In this document: in pieces, positions 11,953-23,676 of the stretch
Position numbering within the stretch: position 1 is the stretch's first letter
Layout of the letters: each line of letters begins with the position of its first letter
NCBI GenBank assembly: GCA_000146045.2
Contig: BK006946.2
Location: 224,001 to 288,000, forward strand
Length of the DNA: 64,000 nt
Direction of reading: 5' to 3'
Source: TPA_inf: Saccharomyces
Lineage: Eukaryota
Made by a program: the position numbers and the translations under genes
Notes under the pieces: generated by a model
What the model was told of the DNA's origin: nothing
The model's input: only the letters and a program-made list of their open reading frames with translations
The model's database searches: none

Positions 11953-12587
11953 GGCTCTGTTGAACTTTTATCTGAGAGAGGAAAAAAAGGAAGGAAAAAA
12001 AAGAAGAAACTTCCTTTATTTATTTGTCTTAACCACAACACACAATGCAATAAGATGCAATATAATATCAAAGCCAATATCTTATGTTGCTGATCCTGAG
12101 AAGGAATATATACAATTTATGTAGTAAAATACCTTTTCTTCTGCGAGTTGCAAGAAATAGAAAAGACTCCGATTGCGCATCGCCAGAATAAAATTTCACA
12201 ACCACACTTTTTGGCTGAACTTTTTATTACCTGATTAAACAGAGAGAGAAAAGGTAGAGGTCAAAATTTTTTAAGCAAAACTAAAAAAGATGCAAAATCA
12301 CGTGCTGAAAATCTAACATAAGGGTTAAGATTAGAGTTTTATAGGACTTGTTTTGTAATATTTCAAATACGAGCTAACCCTACTGATTTCAATTAGGTCT
12401 AATTTAGGGTTGAGCTGCACTGAAATTTCGGAAATTTTGGGTTATTTTAAATGAGACAGAAGAACTACAGAGATACGTTCTTCAGACTTTAAAGCTTATC
12501 TCCACAAAGAATTGGTCAAGAAATCATCCTAGAAAAACACGTTTGCTCACTCGATCTTAATCACATAGAGTGCTGGAACGGGAAGAA

Positions 12588-14731
12588 ATGGGTATGTGCC
12601 TCGGTTTTTCTCATTAACCCCTTTTGATCCATAACGGTCCTCTTTTGTTTCCTTTTTTTTTTTTGTTTTAGTATTTTATGTTTACTATTTTCTTCTGTTT
12701 CAGTCATACGTAGGAATTATTGCATGAAAGAGGATATAATATTCATGTGGATTTTTAAGAAAATAGATCAAGTTTAAATAGCCACTAACAATTGAACAAT
12801 GCTCTCTCTTGGCCTCTTTTCTTCTTTTTTATCGTTTCTCTAAAAATCAAGCTGATTAGACATGGTCTTGCAATGTTTTTGCTTTCTCTAATCAGCTTGG
12901 TTTTCCGCAAAGAAGAGAAAGTCACGGAATTGTCTACATATGTTTCTATTCAGGAACAAATAATACATCTAATAATAATGGCACTACGAAGAAAATGTCC
13001 CTAGAAGAATTTCTAGGGAACGACACTTTAGGCGAGTCAGTATGGGATGAGGAAGATATTAATTTGGATGCTATAAGCAATACTACGAATATTGACATCT
13101 TGAAACAAACCAAGGCAGGCGAACATCAACGTGATGGTCACCAACAGCACCCACACGGTGGTCATGGACCCATGAACAGATCACGTTTTTCTAATGCAGG
13201 GCCTTTTGGTGGTGGTAGCATGGGGGACTTTGCAAATCATCACCACCCGCTGCAGCATCAGCAAGGTCCTCCTTATATTGTGAAGTTTTCTGATTTACCA
13301 CCGAGATTTTCCAACTTTGACATTGAAGATCTTTTTCAAGCAAAGTTTACCAAGTTTATTAAGTTCAAACTGTTTTGGGAGATAAATAAAAATCCAAGTA
13401 TTTCTACTTTGAAATCGGGGTCAATCTTTGATCAAAATTTCAAACGTGACTCGAAGGTAGCATTTGTCGAGTTATATACATCCCGTGATATGGACAAAAT
13501 TTTGAACTATTGGACCACTCCTTTGAAGGAAATTTACCACATTACAACAGCGCCCGCAGAATTCGAAGATTTTAAGGATTACAGCACGAAGGTGAAATTA
13601 TTAACAGACCCTAAAGACGATGCTGGCAAACCATTCATTACTAAGACTCAGCGGTCAAAATCCAATCCTTTTGGAAGTGCTAAACCGGTTGATACGCAAT
13701 CGAAGATTTTGGACATTGAAGAAAAAATGGAAAATTTACACGTGGAAGATACAACAACCCTGAGGGCATCATTAATCCCTAGTAGTGATTCTATGGCAAC
13801 CACTGCAACAGGCAGCAAGATCACAATCTTGAAAAAGCAGACACCTACAGAGGAGGAATCACATTCTGCAACCCCAACTCCCAAACCTTTAAGTTACTCT
13901 GAAGTAGTTGAGAGATCTGTGGTCAATGAAACTTCCAAGAAAGGAACTCCATTAAGCAAGCTTGACTCACCAGCTCTTGAACTACAATCTAAGCCCGATA
14001 AATCGGACGAGTTCAAAGGTGGCGATGAACAAGGCTTTGAGAAAGGTGGCGACGATAAAGCTCAATTAGATGTCTCAAATGATAAAGATAAAGGTTCAGA
14101 AACCGATGTTGATAAACAGTTCACTTTCAAGAATGTGGAAAGGGAACATAGTATGAGCAGAACCAAATATAACGGAAACCATAATAACAATAATGGCAAT
14201 TTTAGAGGGAGTAATAGATATCGTGGAGGCCCCAATGGCAGCAGTTATAAAGGTGGGCATAACAATCGTGGTAATCGCGGCGGATATCGTGGTGGCAGCT
14301 CATACAACAACAACAACAACAACACTAATGATAATAATAATAATAATAATAATAGTAGTAGTAATAATAATAACGGTTCAAGATATCATGATCGACAAAA
14401 CAATGAAGAAGGGTTAACCTCGGATTCATCTTTAGATGCCTCAGGAAATAAAAAGAATGATTTCACGAACTCAACATCCAATACACAACAATATTCCATT
14501 TTCAAACCAGCAAGTGGGTTCCTTGGCCAAGGTAATAATGATTCTATAAGGAACAATGGACGCGGTAACTATAACAGCAGCGGTATGAATGGAGGTTCGA
14601 GAGGAAGAGGATTTGGCAGAGGAAGGGGATTTGGCAGAGGCGCATATAACAATCGAGGTAGTCGTGGTGGACGTGGAAGCAGCGGTAACTACTCCAACTA
14701 CAATAACAGAACAACAGACATGCCTTTATGA
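12588..14731 (+). CDS. PSP2: Asn-rich RGG-motif protein Psp2, 593 aa; exon 1 12588..12591 (ATGG), exon 2 12954..14731
   Basis: ATGG|GTATGTGCC donor at 12588-12597; acceptor CAG at 12951-12953 keeps the frame into the 578-aa track ORF. RGG/RGGY repeats and poly-N tracts near the C-terminus. Confidence 0.85.
12592..12953 (+). other. PSP2: PSP2 intron (362 nt); only branch-point-like element is CACTAAC at 12783-12789, about 165 nt upstream of the acceptor; perfect 13-bp inverted repeat 12848-12860 / 12887-12899 lies in between
   Basis: GTATGT donor; acceptor chosen by frame continuity; inverted repeat read directly. Confidence 0.75.
14300..14380 (+). repeat. PSP2: Coding trinucleotide repeats (AAC)n/(AAT)n/(AGT)n encoding the PSP2 poly-Asn/Ser tract
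   Basis: caacaacaacaacaacaac...ataataataataataataat...agtagtagt. Confidence 0.9.
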
Positions 14732-14756
14732 GTCATGTACTGACCCATTAATTTTC

Positions 14757-14763
<7 letters not shown>

Positions 14764-14787
<24 letters not shown>
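14764..14787 (+). repeat. Poly(T) 24-mer in the PSP2 3' flank
   Basis: Uninterrupted T run. Confidence 0.95.
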
Positions 14788-15349
14788 CCTCTATTTCCTT
14801 TTTTTGTTCTAGTCGGTTACGCAGTTCTGAGTAATGTAATATAGCGTTCCTTTTCCTCTCAGATTTTTTTGACCTTATTTTGTTTCCACTTTTTACTACT
14901 TATGCTGCTTTTTGTCCATTTCCCCTTCAGTTGTTTTGAATTTTTTTTTTAAAAAAAATTCGTCTTTCTGATTAATCAATTTTGATTATATATTTTCTCT
15001 TGATTAGTTCACAATTTTTATAGGCCCTTATTTCTTAAAGAAGTTTTATGAAGTTTCGTAAGTATTGGGGGGGTTGAAAATAATCTCTCACGTTATACGC
15101 AATAAAAAATTAAAATTAAGGAGAACCAATCTATAGAAACGAACCATTGAATTTAGCTATATGACTATATACCATTACGTAATTTATATAAACAGCTTAA
15201 TATAGCGAAAGCAAAGTAGAACGAAATTTCGGAGAGTTCTAGATTGTATAGAGCGAATGAGCATTCAATACACACGCGAAGGCAGTAGGCGATGAAAGGA
15301 AGTTTTTTAATGTCATTAAGAAAAAGATAGGGAACTTCTATTTCCTGTC

Positions 15350-15353
<4 letters not shown>

Positions 15354-15385
<32 letters not shown>
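15354..15385. repeat. (AT)16 dinucleotide microsatellite in the PSP2/PPZ1 convergent 3' intergenic region
   Basis: atatat... x16 read directly. Confidence 0.95.
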
Positions 15386-15388
<3 letters not shown>

Positions 15389-15457
15389 CATATGTACATC
15401 GTTGAGTTGTTCATGAAATAATGAATATAATACTTCTGGATTTTTTAGTCAGTAAAT

Positions 15458-17536
15458 TTACTGTTGAGATTCGTTATCATTTGTGATGCTTGTTTCCATC
15501 ATTTGCTGTTGTTGATTAGCCAGTTTTCTTTCCTGTCTACCTTTCTTCATAACTTGCTTCAAAGCTGCACTATCTAGTGGATCTAACAATTCAAAAGAGC
15601 ACAATAAACCTTCGCTGACGCTCATTACAGCCCCCCAATTATCAAATTCACCACAATAATTTGGCGCGGAAAACACCGTAACGAGACTTCTATCATTGAA
15701 AAATTCATAACCGTCTTCCACAACCATGTGAGCTCTACAAACCAAATCAAACCCAAACTTGTTCAAGAATTTGTTAATTGCCACCTTATTATAACAGTAA
15801 CTTACACCACGTTCGTTATCCTCCCATTCGTTGGGTGAATCTGTGGGATCGGACCACAAAAGATCATTAATTAAGCCAAAATCTGGTACATCAGTAGGCC
15901 TAACTACATGTCTGATTTCATCCATAGAATTTAAAACTGGCGACAATCCACCATGAACACAAAAAATCTTTCCGGCTACGATAGCAGCTAATGGTAATGT
16001 ATTAAAAGTATCGATGAATGTCTTCCAGATCTTGATGTTACAACGACGTTTACATTCATCATAAAATCCATAAACCCTTGTGACGTTAGCACATTCATGG
16101 TTGCCTCTCAATAAAAAGAAATTTTCAGGGTATTTTATTTTGTAACAAAACAATAGTAAAATAGTCTCCAGTGACTGTTTACCACGGTCCACATAATCAC
16201 CTAGGAATAAATAGTTCGAGGATGGTGGGAACCCACATTTGGTAAAAAGCCTTAAGAGATCCCCATATTGGCCATGAACGTCGCCTACAATTTTTACAGG
16301 AGGTGATAATTCTAATAAGGAAGGTTGAGAAAGAAAGATTTCACGAGCCTTGATGCAAATCTGTAAAATTTCATTGTTCTTCAAACAAACATTTTTTGTT
16401 CTCTTAGCAGCGTAGCCCGCATCCAGTAATTTTTGGATAGTTTCATCAATATCGATAGGCTTTTTGAATTTTTTTGGAGCGTTTTTGTTTCCGGAAGATT
16501 GCATTATATCATTAAATTCCTCATTCGGATCTTTTTTGCTATCTGTTATATTATTATTTTTATCATTAACATTTTCCATTGATGCATGGATATTACTCAA
16601 TTGAGATGAATTTTCAATGTCATCATCATTGCTGATGTGTTTGCTCGGGTAAATATCGCGACTTGAATGGTGATTCAATGAGGAGGTTGAATTAGAGGTA
16701 AAGTATTCACCAGAGTGATCTGTTAGCTTGGACAAGCCTGGAGAGTTTAATGGGGTGCTGTATGCGGTATTACCATCTGATCCAAACGAAGATTTCCTAC
16801 TGTGTAGCGAAGATGCATGAGAATTTGACCGGGTTAATGCCTGAACGAGATAATTCTCCTGATTGTTAGAGGAGTATGATCCATTGTTAGGCTCTTCATG
16901 GGTCACATCTGATTTCCTTCTTGACACTGATCCGCTTCTTATACTGGACGGACGAGAATTCGAAGATCTAGAAAACCTTTTAGTGTGCGAGATGTCGTTG
17001 TCTTTATCATCATTGTCATCATCGGTTAAGGCGTTCTCATAATAGGTAGATGAGTATGAAGATTTATGCTTGGATACGTGTGTGCTACTATTGTTTGTTT
17101 TTAAAATGGGTGACTTGGGTTCCATTTGGATCATTGAAGGTGGTAAATCAGCAGCAGCCTTAGTATTATAACTTGATCTTCTAGAAGTAGAAGGCCTCTT
17201 AGTAGAGGATGATGAAGGAGTAGTTAACAATTCGTTTTGAGAATTTGAATGCGAGTGTGAGCTAGATGGGAAATGGTAACGATTCGTGTGAGAGCTATGT
17301 CGTTGGTGATTAACCTCAAGATTGGGCTTTGATGGAGTGGAGGGATCAGGGACGTTTGAATTAGTATTCGTAGTGGACGAAGAAGGAAGAGATCGCCTTG
17401 ATCTTGAAGATTTATTTGATTTTGCAGACTTCACAGAATGGGAAGTCTCGGTTCTCGACACTTGAGGACGAGGATTTCTCGAGGAGGAATTCGAATGTGA
17501 ATCCTTTTTCGAAGATTTTGAACTTGAATTACCCAT
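15458..17536 (-). CDS. PPZ1: PPP-family Ser/Thr protein phosphatase Z (PP1-like catalytic C-terminal domain, long Ser-rich N-terminal half, N-terminal MG(N)SSSK myristoylation-type start), 692 aa
   Basis: Motifs GDxHG, GDYVDRG, GNHE, HGG, RG, H of the PPP catalytic core. Confidence 0.93.
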   Translation of the reverse strand: MGNSSSKSSKKDSHSNSSSRNPRPQVSRTETSHSVKSAKSNKSSRSRRSLPSSSTTNTNSNVPDPSTPSKPNLEVNHQRHSSHTNRYHFPSSSHSHSNSQNELLTTPSSSSTKRPSTSRRSSYNTKAAADLPPSMIQMEPKSPILKTNNSSTHVSKHKSSYSSTYYENALTDDDNDDKDNDISHTKRFSRSSNSRPSSIRSGSVSRRKSDVTHEEPNNGSYSSNNQENYLVQALTRSNSHASSLHSRKSSFGSDGNTAYSTPLNSPGLSKLTDHSGEYFTSNSTSSLNHHSSRDIYPSKHISNDDDIENSSQLSNIHASMENVNDKNNNITDSKKDPNEEFNDIMQSSGNKNAPKKFKKPIDIDETIQKLLDAGYAAKRTKNVCLKNNEILQICIKAREIFLSQPSLLELSPPVKIVGDVHGQYGDLLRLFTKCGFPPSSNYLFLGDYVDRGKQSLETILLLFCYKIKYPENFFLLRGNHECANVTRVYGFYDECKRRCNIKIWKTFIDTFNTLPLAAIVAGKIFCVHGGLSPVLNSMDEIRHVVRPTDVPDFGLINDLLWSDPTDSPNEWEDNERGVSYCYNKVAINKFLNKFGFDLVCRAHMVVEDGYEFFNDRSLVTVFSAPNYCGEFDNWGAVMSVSEGLLCSFELLDPLDSAALKQVMKKGRQERKLANQQQQMMETSITNDNESQQ

Positions 17537-17988
17537 TTTGAAAAGGAAGGAAAGATAAGCAGAGAGTGGTTGATTTGTTGTTTTATGACAAAGCCTCTAG
17601 GGGAAAAGAAGCGACTATAACGATGAAATAAAAATAAAACGATAAAGAAAAGTATAATCAAATGTATTCCAAAGAAGTACTTTTATATATAATCTTTATA
17701 TTTAACTTGAAAGAAAAAGATTTAACATGTATTGCCAAAACAAACAAAACTAATAATGGAAGCTATTGTATTGTGCTTTTATGTTACCCACCTGCCAATG
17801 GTTCACAAGAGAAAGCTGATTAACAGAATTAGAAGATCTGCAGTAATCGTTTTCTTTTTTTTTTTTTCATTAATTTATATGCTATCCTTTTAAAAATAGA
17901 CATGTCATTTCAAACGACATGTTAAAAATTATATATATGTTTATATATAGATTGATATATGTTGGAGCCGTTGGACAATTATGGGCAG

Positions 17989-19029
17989 CTATCTGAACAT
18001 GGATCCCTGCCCTTCTCCTTGAGTTCTCCAGTAAGCGTTAGGCAAAGTGTCCGACTGCAGACGGTAGAGTCTCCACGCCTCACGGATGTGTTCGGGCAAT
18101 AAGGGACTGTTGTTATATTTCTCGATGCTTACATCTAGTTTGTTGAATTGGAGGACGAGCTTATTGTACTGCTCGATGAGTTGTAGCTTCAAGTCCTGTG
18201 AATTATGGTCTGATTGCTGTAAGGATTTGGACTGTAGCAACGAGTTGCCCAGCGTAGTTTCGCGCTTGTCTACTTCTTCATCGTCGAAGTAGAAATCAGG
18301 TTCGTCTTCGGGAACGCTATCGGATTGATAATCTTGCTTGTATTGCTGGTTTTCTATGATGGAGAAAGTCAATTTTTTTAGATATTTTTTCAATTTATAG
18401 CCTATTTTGGTCCTCTTATCAAACTCTATGCACATTTGACTTGTCAACCACTTATTCTTCACAATCATGGCCAATTCGATTATCTCACCAGCGTATATTT
18501 TTCCCACCGCTTGCAGAAAAACACGAATATTTTCACTTATAGTTTGATTAGCTACTGTGCTAGCCAGTTTTTTGACCTGGGTTTTGTTTAGGGATGTTCT
18601 ATGGAAAACTTCAAACCGATTAGTTTGATCTTTATCCAAGTTGGTTACCAAGAGCTTGAATTGTTCGTCCTGCGCAAGTTTTTCATTTTCATCTTCGTTG
18701 GTATTGGTGTCTTCGTAATTGCTATTTTGTGTTTGCTGTTGTAAAATGTCTTGTGGAAAGATCAGGTTTTCTGGGACTTTGTTGATAGAGTCCGGGTCTT
18801 GCTGATTTATCCTGGTTTTCTGGTATTTGTATTTTGGATATTTATTTAATTGGTTGTTGATTGATGTACCACCCGTTCGCAGGTTTTGCAATTTCCACGT
18901 AACGTAGTCCTGGTCCTCACTGATGACTTGGTCAATCATTTGTTTTGTGGAAAAATAGTTTGCTATTGTCAGTATTGGCGGATAGTTCACTTTCGGGATG
19001 GTGTCCAAAGGACCTTGAGGTTCGGTCAT
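17989..19029 (-). CDS. TAF11: TFIID subunit Taf11 (histone-fold C-terminus), 346 aa
   Basis: ATG for MTEPQGPLD is 7 codons inside the track ORF; synteny and length. Confidence 0.85.
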   Translation of the reverse strand: MTEPQGPLDTIPKVNYPPILTIANYFSTKQMIDQVISEDQDYVTWKLQNLRTGGTSINNQLNKYPKYKYQKTRINQQDPDSINKVPENLIFPQDILQQQTQNSNYEDTNTNEDENEKLAQDEQFKLLVTNLDKDQTNRFEVFHRTSLNKTQVKKLASTVANQTISENIRVFLQAVGKIYAGEIIELAMIVKNKWLTSQMCIEFDKRTKIGYKLKKYLKKLTFSIIENQQYKQDYQSDSVPEDEPDFYFDDEEVDKRETTLGNSLLQSKSLQQSDHNSQDLKLQLIEQYNKLVLQFNKLDVSIEKYNNSPLLPEHIREAWRLYRLQSDTLPNAYWRTQGEGQGSMFR

Positions 19030-19224
19030 CGTTGCGCTGTTGAAGCTCAAACTTACTTTGTGCTCTTCATTTATATGGATAATTATCTCTATATACCTCT
19101 TCTTGATTTTTCAATTTCTTTCAACTTTTCAGTCGAAGAAATGGGAATAAGAGAAAAAATTCGGTAATGAACTGAACAGAGATGAGGTCTCGAAGAGCCA
19201 AGAAATAAAAGGTTAAGAACCAAC

Positions 19225-20064
19225 ATGGAGATAAACCAAGCGGCTGAAAAAGAACAGGAGTATGTTCACAAAGTGTATAATGAGATAGCTCCGCATTTCT
19301 CGCAAACTAGATATAAGCCATGGCCCATAGTGACTCAGTTCTTGAAGACTCGCCCAATGGGTTCCATCGGTATCGACGTCGGGTGTGGCAATGGAAAGTA
19401 CCTCGGAGTGAACCCTGATATATATATTATCGGTTCAGATCGCTCAGATGGTCTTATTGAGTGCGCCAGAGGAATAAACCCATCGTACAACTTACTGGTG
19501 GCAGACGGGCTGAACTTACCACACAAAAACGAAACATTTGACTTCGCCATCTCAATTGCTGTAGTGCATCACTGGTCTACAAGGGAGAGACGTGTTGAGG
19601 TGATCAGGCACGTTCTATCGAAGCTACGTCAGGGCGGACAAGCATTAATATATTGTTGGGCTCTAGAACAGGGCAGCTCCCGTAGAGGTTACCATGAAGG
19701 TATGGAGCAAGATGTCTTTGTCCCCTGGGTTCTTCCCAAGAGTAAATCCAAACCAAAAACTAAATCAACGCCGCCTGCTAAAGTCAAGACAAGGCCAAAG
19801 CCAAACTTAATGAATATTCCCCCAAAGGAGCGTTCCGAATACTTGCAGCGCTGGAAGGAGGAACAGCAACGCAGTAAGTCTCTTGATGATAACGACGAGA
19901 AGCAACAACAAGATCAAGAACAGGAAAGAGAAGAGGTAAAATACCGATACTATCACTTATACCGAGAGGGCGAATTGGCTGAGGATTGCCGCCAAGCTGG
20001 GGCTGCCGTTCATAGTGAGGGCTTCGAGCGCGACAATTGGTGGGTGGTGGCCCAGAAGAGATGA
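19225..20064 (+). CDS. TRM9: tRNA (mcm5U/mcm5s2U) methyltransferase, class I SAM-dependent MTase, 279 aa
   Basis: SAM-binding motif IDVGCGNGKY; Lys/Glu-rich C-terminal tail. Confidence 0.9.
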   Translation: MEINQAAEKEQEYVHKVYNEIAPHFSQTRYKPWPIVTQFLKTRPMGSIGIDVGCGNGKYLGVNPDIYIIGSDRSDGLIECARGINPSYNLLVADGLNLPHKNETFDFAISIAVVHHWSTRERRVEVIRHVLSKLRQGGQALIYCWALEQGSSRRGYHEGMEQDVFVPWVLPKSKSKPKTKSTPPAKVKTRPKPNLMNIPPKERSEYLQRWKEEQQRSKSLDDNDEKQQQDQEQEREEVKYRYYHLYREGELAEDCRQAGAAVHSEGFERDNWWVVAQKR

Positions 20065-20148
20065 AGGTGATATATAGGTAGACAGTGTATTTTGTAGCAG
20101 CAGGTATTACGATAGAAGTATGTAATAGCTTTCATAGTGTAATCGAAG

Positions 20149-21903
20149 ATGCCAGTAGTCAATCATGAGGATAGTGAATTTCACCTTTCGCACACAGAAG
20201 AGGACAAGTTAAATGAGTTCCAGGTCATCACGAATTTCCCCCCAGAAGACTTGCCAGATGTGGTGAGACTGTTGAGGAACCATGGTTGGCAGTTAGAACC
20301 AGCATTGAGCCGATATTTCGATGGAGAGTGGAAAGGCGAACCAGACCAGATGGGAGAGCCCACTCAAACGTCTACACCCATGGCTGAGACCTTGGTTCCT
20401 CCCGCGTTGGGACCTAGACCGTTGTTATTTACAGCCTCACTGCCCGTGGTCAGACCATTGCCAGCGAACTTCCGCAATGATTTCAGAACAATTGGGCTAA
20501 ATGGACGCTCTAACACTGTGTGGTCCATGTTTGAATCTTTTAGTTATGATGGTAACCCCTTTCTTTTTATTTTACTGTTGATCCCTCGGATAATCAATAG
20601 GTTATCTGCCACAATATTCACGTTCTTTTGCACTCTATTGTCCCTGCATTCGATAAGTGGTGGCGGTAATTCAGGAAAACCCAAGATCTCCAAGGTTCCA
20701 AAGGCACCAACCAGAGAAACCCATATCCCACTTGCAGAAATACTGGGTGACACGAAGGACAAGGATGCATTTTGCGAACTAAAAAGCTTTAAACCAGACA
20801 TTTCCTTCAATGAGGCCTTGCGTATTGCAAAAGAAGAGTTTAAGTTTATGTTGCTCATCCTAGTGGGCGACACCTACGATACCGATACTGATACCGTAGA
20901 TGTTAATTCTAAACTACTATTGGAAAAGATTTTGTTAAACAAGAAGACTTTACAGTACTTGCGCAAGATTGATAACGACCTGATTATCTATTTGAAATGC
21001 GTACACGAGTTGGAACCTTGGCTGGTTGCTCGCCAACTAGGTGTCAGAAACACCCCGGAGATATTCCTCATTGCCAACGTGGCTAATAAGGCTTCCCATT
21101 CAGAAACTTTGCCCTCACAAAGACTCTCCATTCTCGGCAAGCTAAAGGTCAATTCACTGAACAGATTCTTGCAGTCGTTAACAAACGTGGTGGAAAAGTA
21201 CACTCCAGAATTAGTTGTTAATAAAACTGAAATGCACGAGCTACGCATGTCAAGAGAAATAAAAAAACTGCAGGAGGATGCGTACAAAAAGTCGCTAGAA
21301 ATGGACAGAATCAAAGCTATAGAAAAGGAAAAGAGCTTGAAACACGCTCAGGATTTGAAATTAAACTCAACTGCTCGGCAATTAAAATGGTTAAAGGCTT
21401 GCATCGATGAGATACAGCCGTTCGAGACAACGGGGAAGCAAGCTACTCTGCAATTTAGGACTTCTAGTGGCAAAAGATTCGTCAAGAAGTTCCCCTCCAT
21501 GACTACACTTTACCAAATCTACCAATCCATTGGGTGTCACATATACCTCGCGGTATATTCTAGTGACCCCGCAGAATGGTCTAACGCCCTCCAGGACAAA
21601 ATCAGGCAATTATCTGCAGACGACGATATGCTCTGCTTTAAAGAAGGACAACTCGAAACTGCTACTGCTACCACTATCGAAGAGCTCGGCCACATCATCA
21701 ACAACGAGCTTACCTCATTTGATCTCGAACGTGGTAAACTTGAATTCGACTTTGAATTGGTATCGCCCTTCCCTAAGTATACTGTGCATCCTAACGAGCA
21801 CATGTCGGTGGACCAAGTGCCCCAGCTATGGCCAAATGGCAGTCTTCTAGTGGAAGCACTGGATGAAGAAGATGAAGAAGATGAGGAAAATGAAGAACAA
21901 TGA
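20149..21903 (+). CDS. UBX2: ER membrane UBX-domain protein (N-terminal UBA-like, two TM segments, C-terminal UBX), 584 aa
   Basis: Length, topology and synteny; acidic EEDEEDEENEEQ C-terminus. Confidence 0.85.
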   Translation: MPVVNHEDSEFHLSHTEEDKLNEFQVITNFPPEDLPDVVRLLRNHGWQLEPALSRYFDGEWKGEPDQMGEPTQTSTPMAETLVPPALGPRPLLFTASLPVVRPLPANFRNDFRTIGLNGRSNTVWSMFESFSYDGNPFLFILLLIPRIINRLSATIFTFFCTLLSLHSISGGGNSGKPKISKVPKAPTRETHIPLAEILGDTKDKDAFCELKSFKPDISFNEALRIAKEEFKFMLLILVGDTYDTDTDTVDVNSKLLLEKILLNKKTLQYLRKIDNDLIIYLKCVHELEPWLVARQLGVRNTPEIFLIANVANKASHSETLPSQRLSILGKLKVNSLNRFLQSLTNVVEKYTPELVVNKTEMHELRMSREIKKLQEDAYKKSLEMDRIKAIEKEKSLKHAQDLKLNSTARQLKWLKACIDEIQPFETTGKQATLQFRTSSGKRFVKKFPSMTTLYQIYQSIGCHIYLAVYSSDPAEWSNALQDKIRQLSADDDMLCFKEGQLETATATTIEELGHIINNELTSFDLERGKLEFDFELVSPFPKYTVHPNEHMSVDQVPQLWPNGSLLVEALDEEDEEDEENEEQ

Positions 21904-22115
21904 TAAAATAGCATATCGTTAAAAACGACAAACGCGTACAAAGAGTTTCTGGAGTTTACTTTTTTTTCATTTTTCGTTTTTACTCTTTCGTCTCCCTAAT
22001 GATTTTGGCCAACCGTTGGTTGTTACGTGTTATATGTTTGTTTTAGGAGCTGGGGCCTACCTTTATAGTTAGTTGTATAACTCAGTTGATCTCATAAGTG
22101 AAAAGCAAAAAAAGG

Positions 22116-22751
22116 ATGCAGGTGTTACAGTTATGGTTGACAACTTTGATCTCTTTGGTGGTGGCAGTGCAGGGATTACATTTCGACATTGCAGCATCTA
22201 CAGATCCAGAACAGGTTTGTATTCGTGATTTTGTCACTGAAGGTCAATTGGTTGTCGCGGATATTCACTCAGATGGTTCTGTTGGTGATGGACAGAAACT
22301 AAACCTCTTCGTGCGTGATTCAGTTGGAAACGAGTATCGTAGAAAGAGGGACTTTGCAGGCGACGTTCGTGTTGCGTTTACTGCTCCATCCTCCACGGCA
22401 TTCGACGTTTGTTTTGAAAATCAGGCTCAGTATCGTGGCCGTTCTTTAAGCAGGGCCATTGAATTGGACATTGAGAGTGGTGCTGAAGCTCGTGACTGGA
22501 ACAAGATCAGTGCCAACGAAAAATTGAAACCTATAGAAGTGGAGTTGCGTAGAGTGGAGGAAATTACCGACGAAATTGTCGACGAATTGACTTACTTGAA
22601 AAACAGAGAGGAGAGATTAAGAGACACCAATGAATCTACCAACAGAAGGGTAAGAAATTTCTCAATTTTGGTTATTATTGTCTTGTCCTCGCTGGGTGTT
22701 TGGCAAGTCAACTATTTGAAGAACTACTTCAAAACGAAACATATCATTTAA
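22116..22751 (+). CDS. ERV25: p24/emp24 family cargo receptor (signal peptide, GOLD domain, coiled coil, single C-terminal TM with short cytosolic tail), 211 aa
   Basis: ATG at 22116 (track ORF begins at an upstream GTG); classic p24 architecture. Confidence 0.9.
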
Positions 22752-22894
22752 GCAAAGGAAGAGGACCACACCATGCATTTGTGTATCAGCTTACCCTATA
22801 ATTGCATATGTACTCGACTATTTTCTACATATATATGAATAGATTCCAGAACCGAATAAAGGAGAAAAAATATTTGAATATGGATTTGTTCGCT

Positions 22895-23428
22895 TCACAT
22901 CTTTAAGTAACCTAGTTTTCCCAATACGCAACCAAAGTCCAAGTATGTCATGAAAAGCCTCTTGCCATCAGTAGCACAACTAATCATTTCAATGGTCCCA
23001 GAACTTTGGTCAGCCCCGATGAGATTGGAGATTTTTTGAAGGTCTTTTACGCTTAATACATGATCTCTTAAGGCCACTTGCGGGAAATCCACGTCTCTGC
23101 CACAGTTTCTAATAAGCATCGACCATAAATCATCTATTACTGTTAAATTATTCATCAGTATCAGTAACTGGCATGTGCATCGTACCAGTTTCGTGAAATC
23201 TATTACGTCAGTTCCTTCTATAATGACGTCTTCATTTCTCACCAGTTTCCAAATTGTGGGCTCTAGTTGCAAATCCTTGAAGAACCTTGGTAGTTCATTA
23301 ACGGTCATATCATGGTCCAGACTGGATTCCGCATATTTTTCCAGAATTTCATCTTCAACTTCGATAGGTACTTTCGGGTTCTCGAATAGCTCTACTCTTT
23401 CATAACTAACGTTAGTGGATTTGCTCAT
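22895..23428 (-). CDS. RAD33: Small nuclear protein Rad33 (nucleotide excision repair accessory factor), 177 aa
   Basis: Length and position between ERV25 and SPT5. Confidence 0.75.
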   Translation of the reverse strand: MSKSTNVSYERVELFENPKVPIEVEDEILEKYAESSLDHDMTVNELPRFFKDLQLEPTIWKLVRNEDVIIEGTDVIDFTKLVRCTCQLLILMNNLTVIDDLWSMLIRNCGRDVDFPQVALRDHVLSVKDLQKISNLIGADQSSGTIEMISCATDGKRLFMTYLDFGCVLGKLGYLKM

Positions 23429-23676
23429 TGAAAAAAAACTCGGAAGGTATTTAGGTGACCTTGCGGCTTCTTAATGCTGACACCTGCATGCGTAATTGTT
23501 ATTATATATATATATGATAGTATATTTCATACTTGTTCCTTCTAAAGGTGACCCGCCTGATATGCGACATAGAAAAAAATTTGGATGAACATGTTCAAAG
23601 ATTGGTAGCATTGACAAGAACCATTCATACAAGTAGGTAACAGCAGAAGGAAAGAGGAACGGGTGTTGTGATAATT

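Noticed and set aside
14193-14417. 74-aa ORF with TTTTTT and IIIIIIII runs
   Set aside because: Alternate-frame reading of the PSP2 (AAC)n/(AAT)n repeats
21537-21941. 134-aa minus-strand ORF overlapping the UBX2 3' end, Ser-rich
   Set aside because: Antisense to the acidic (GAA/GAT)n C-terminal coding repeat of UBX2; likely dubious
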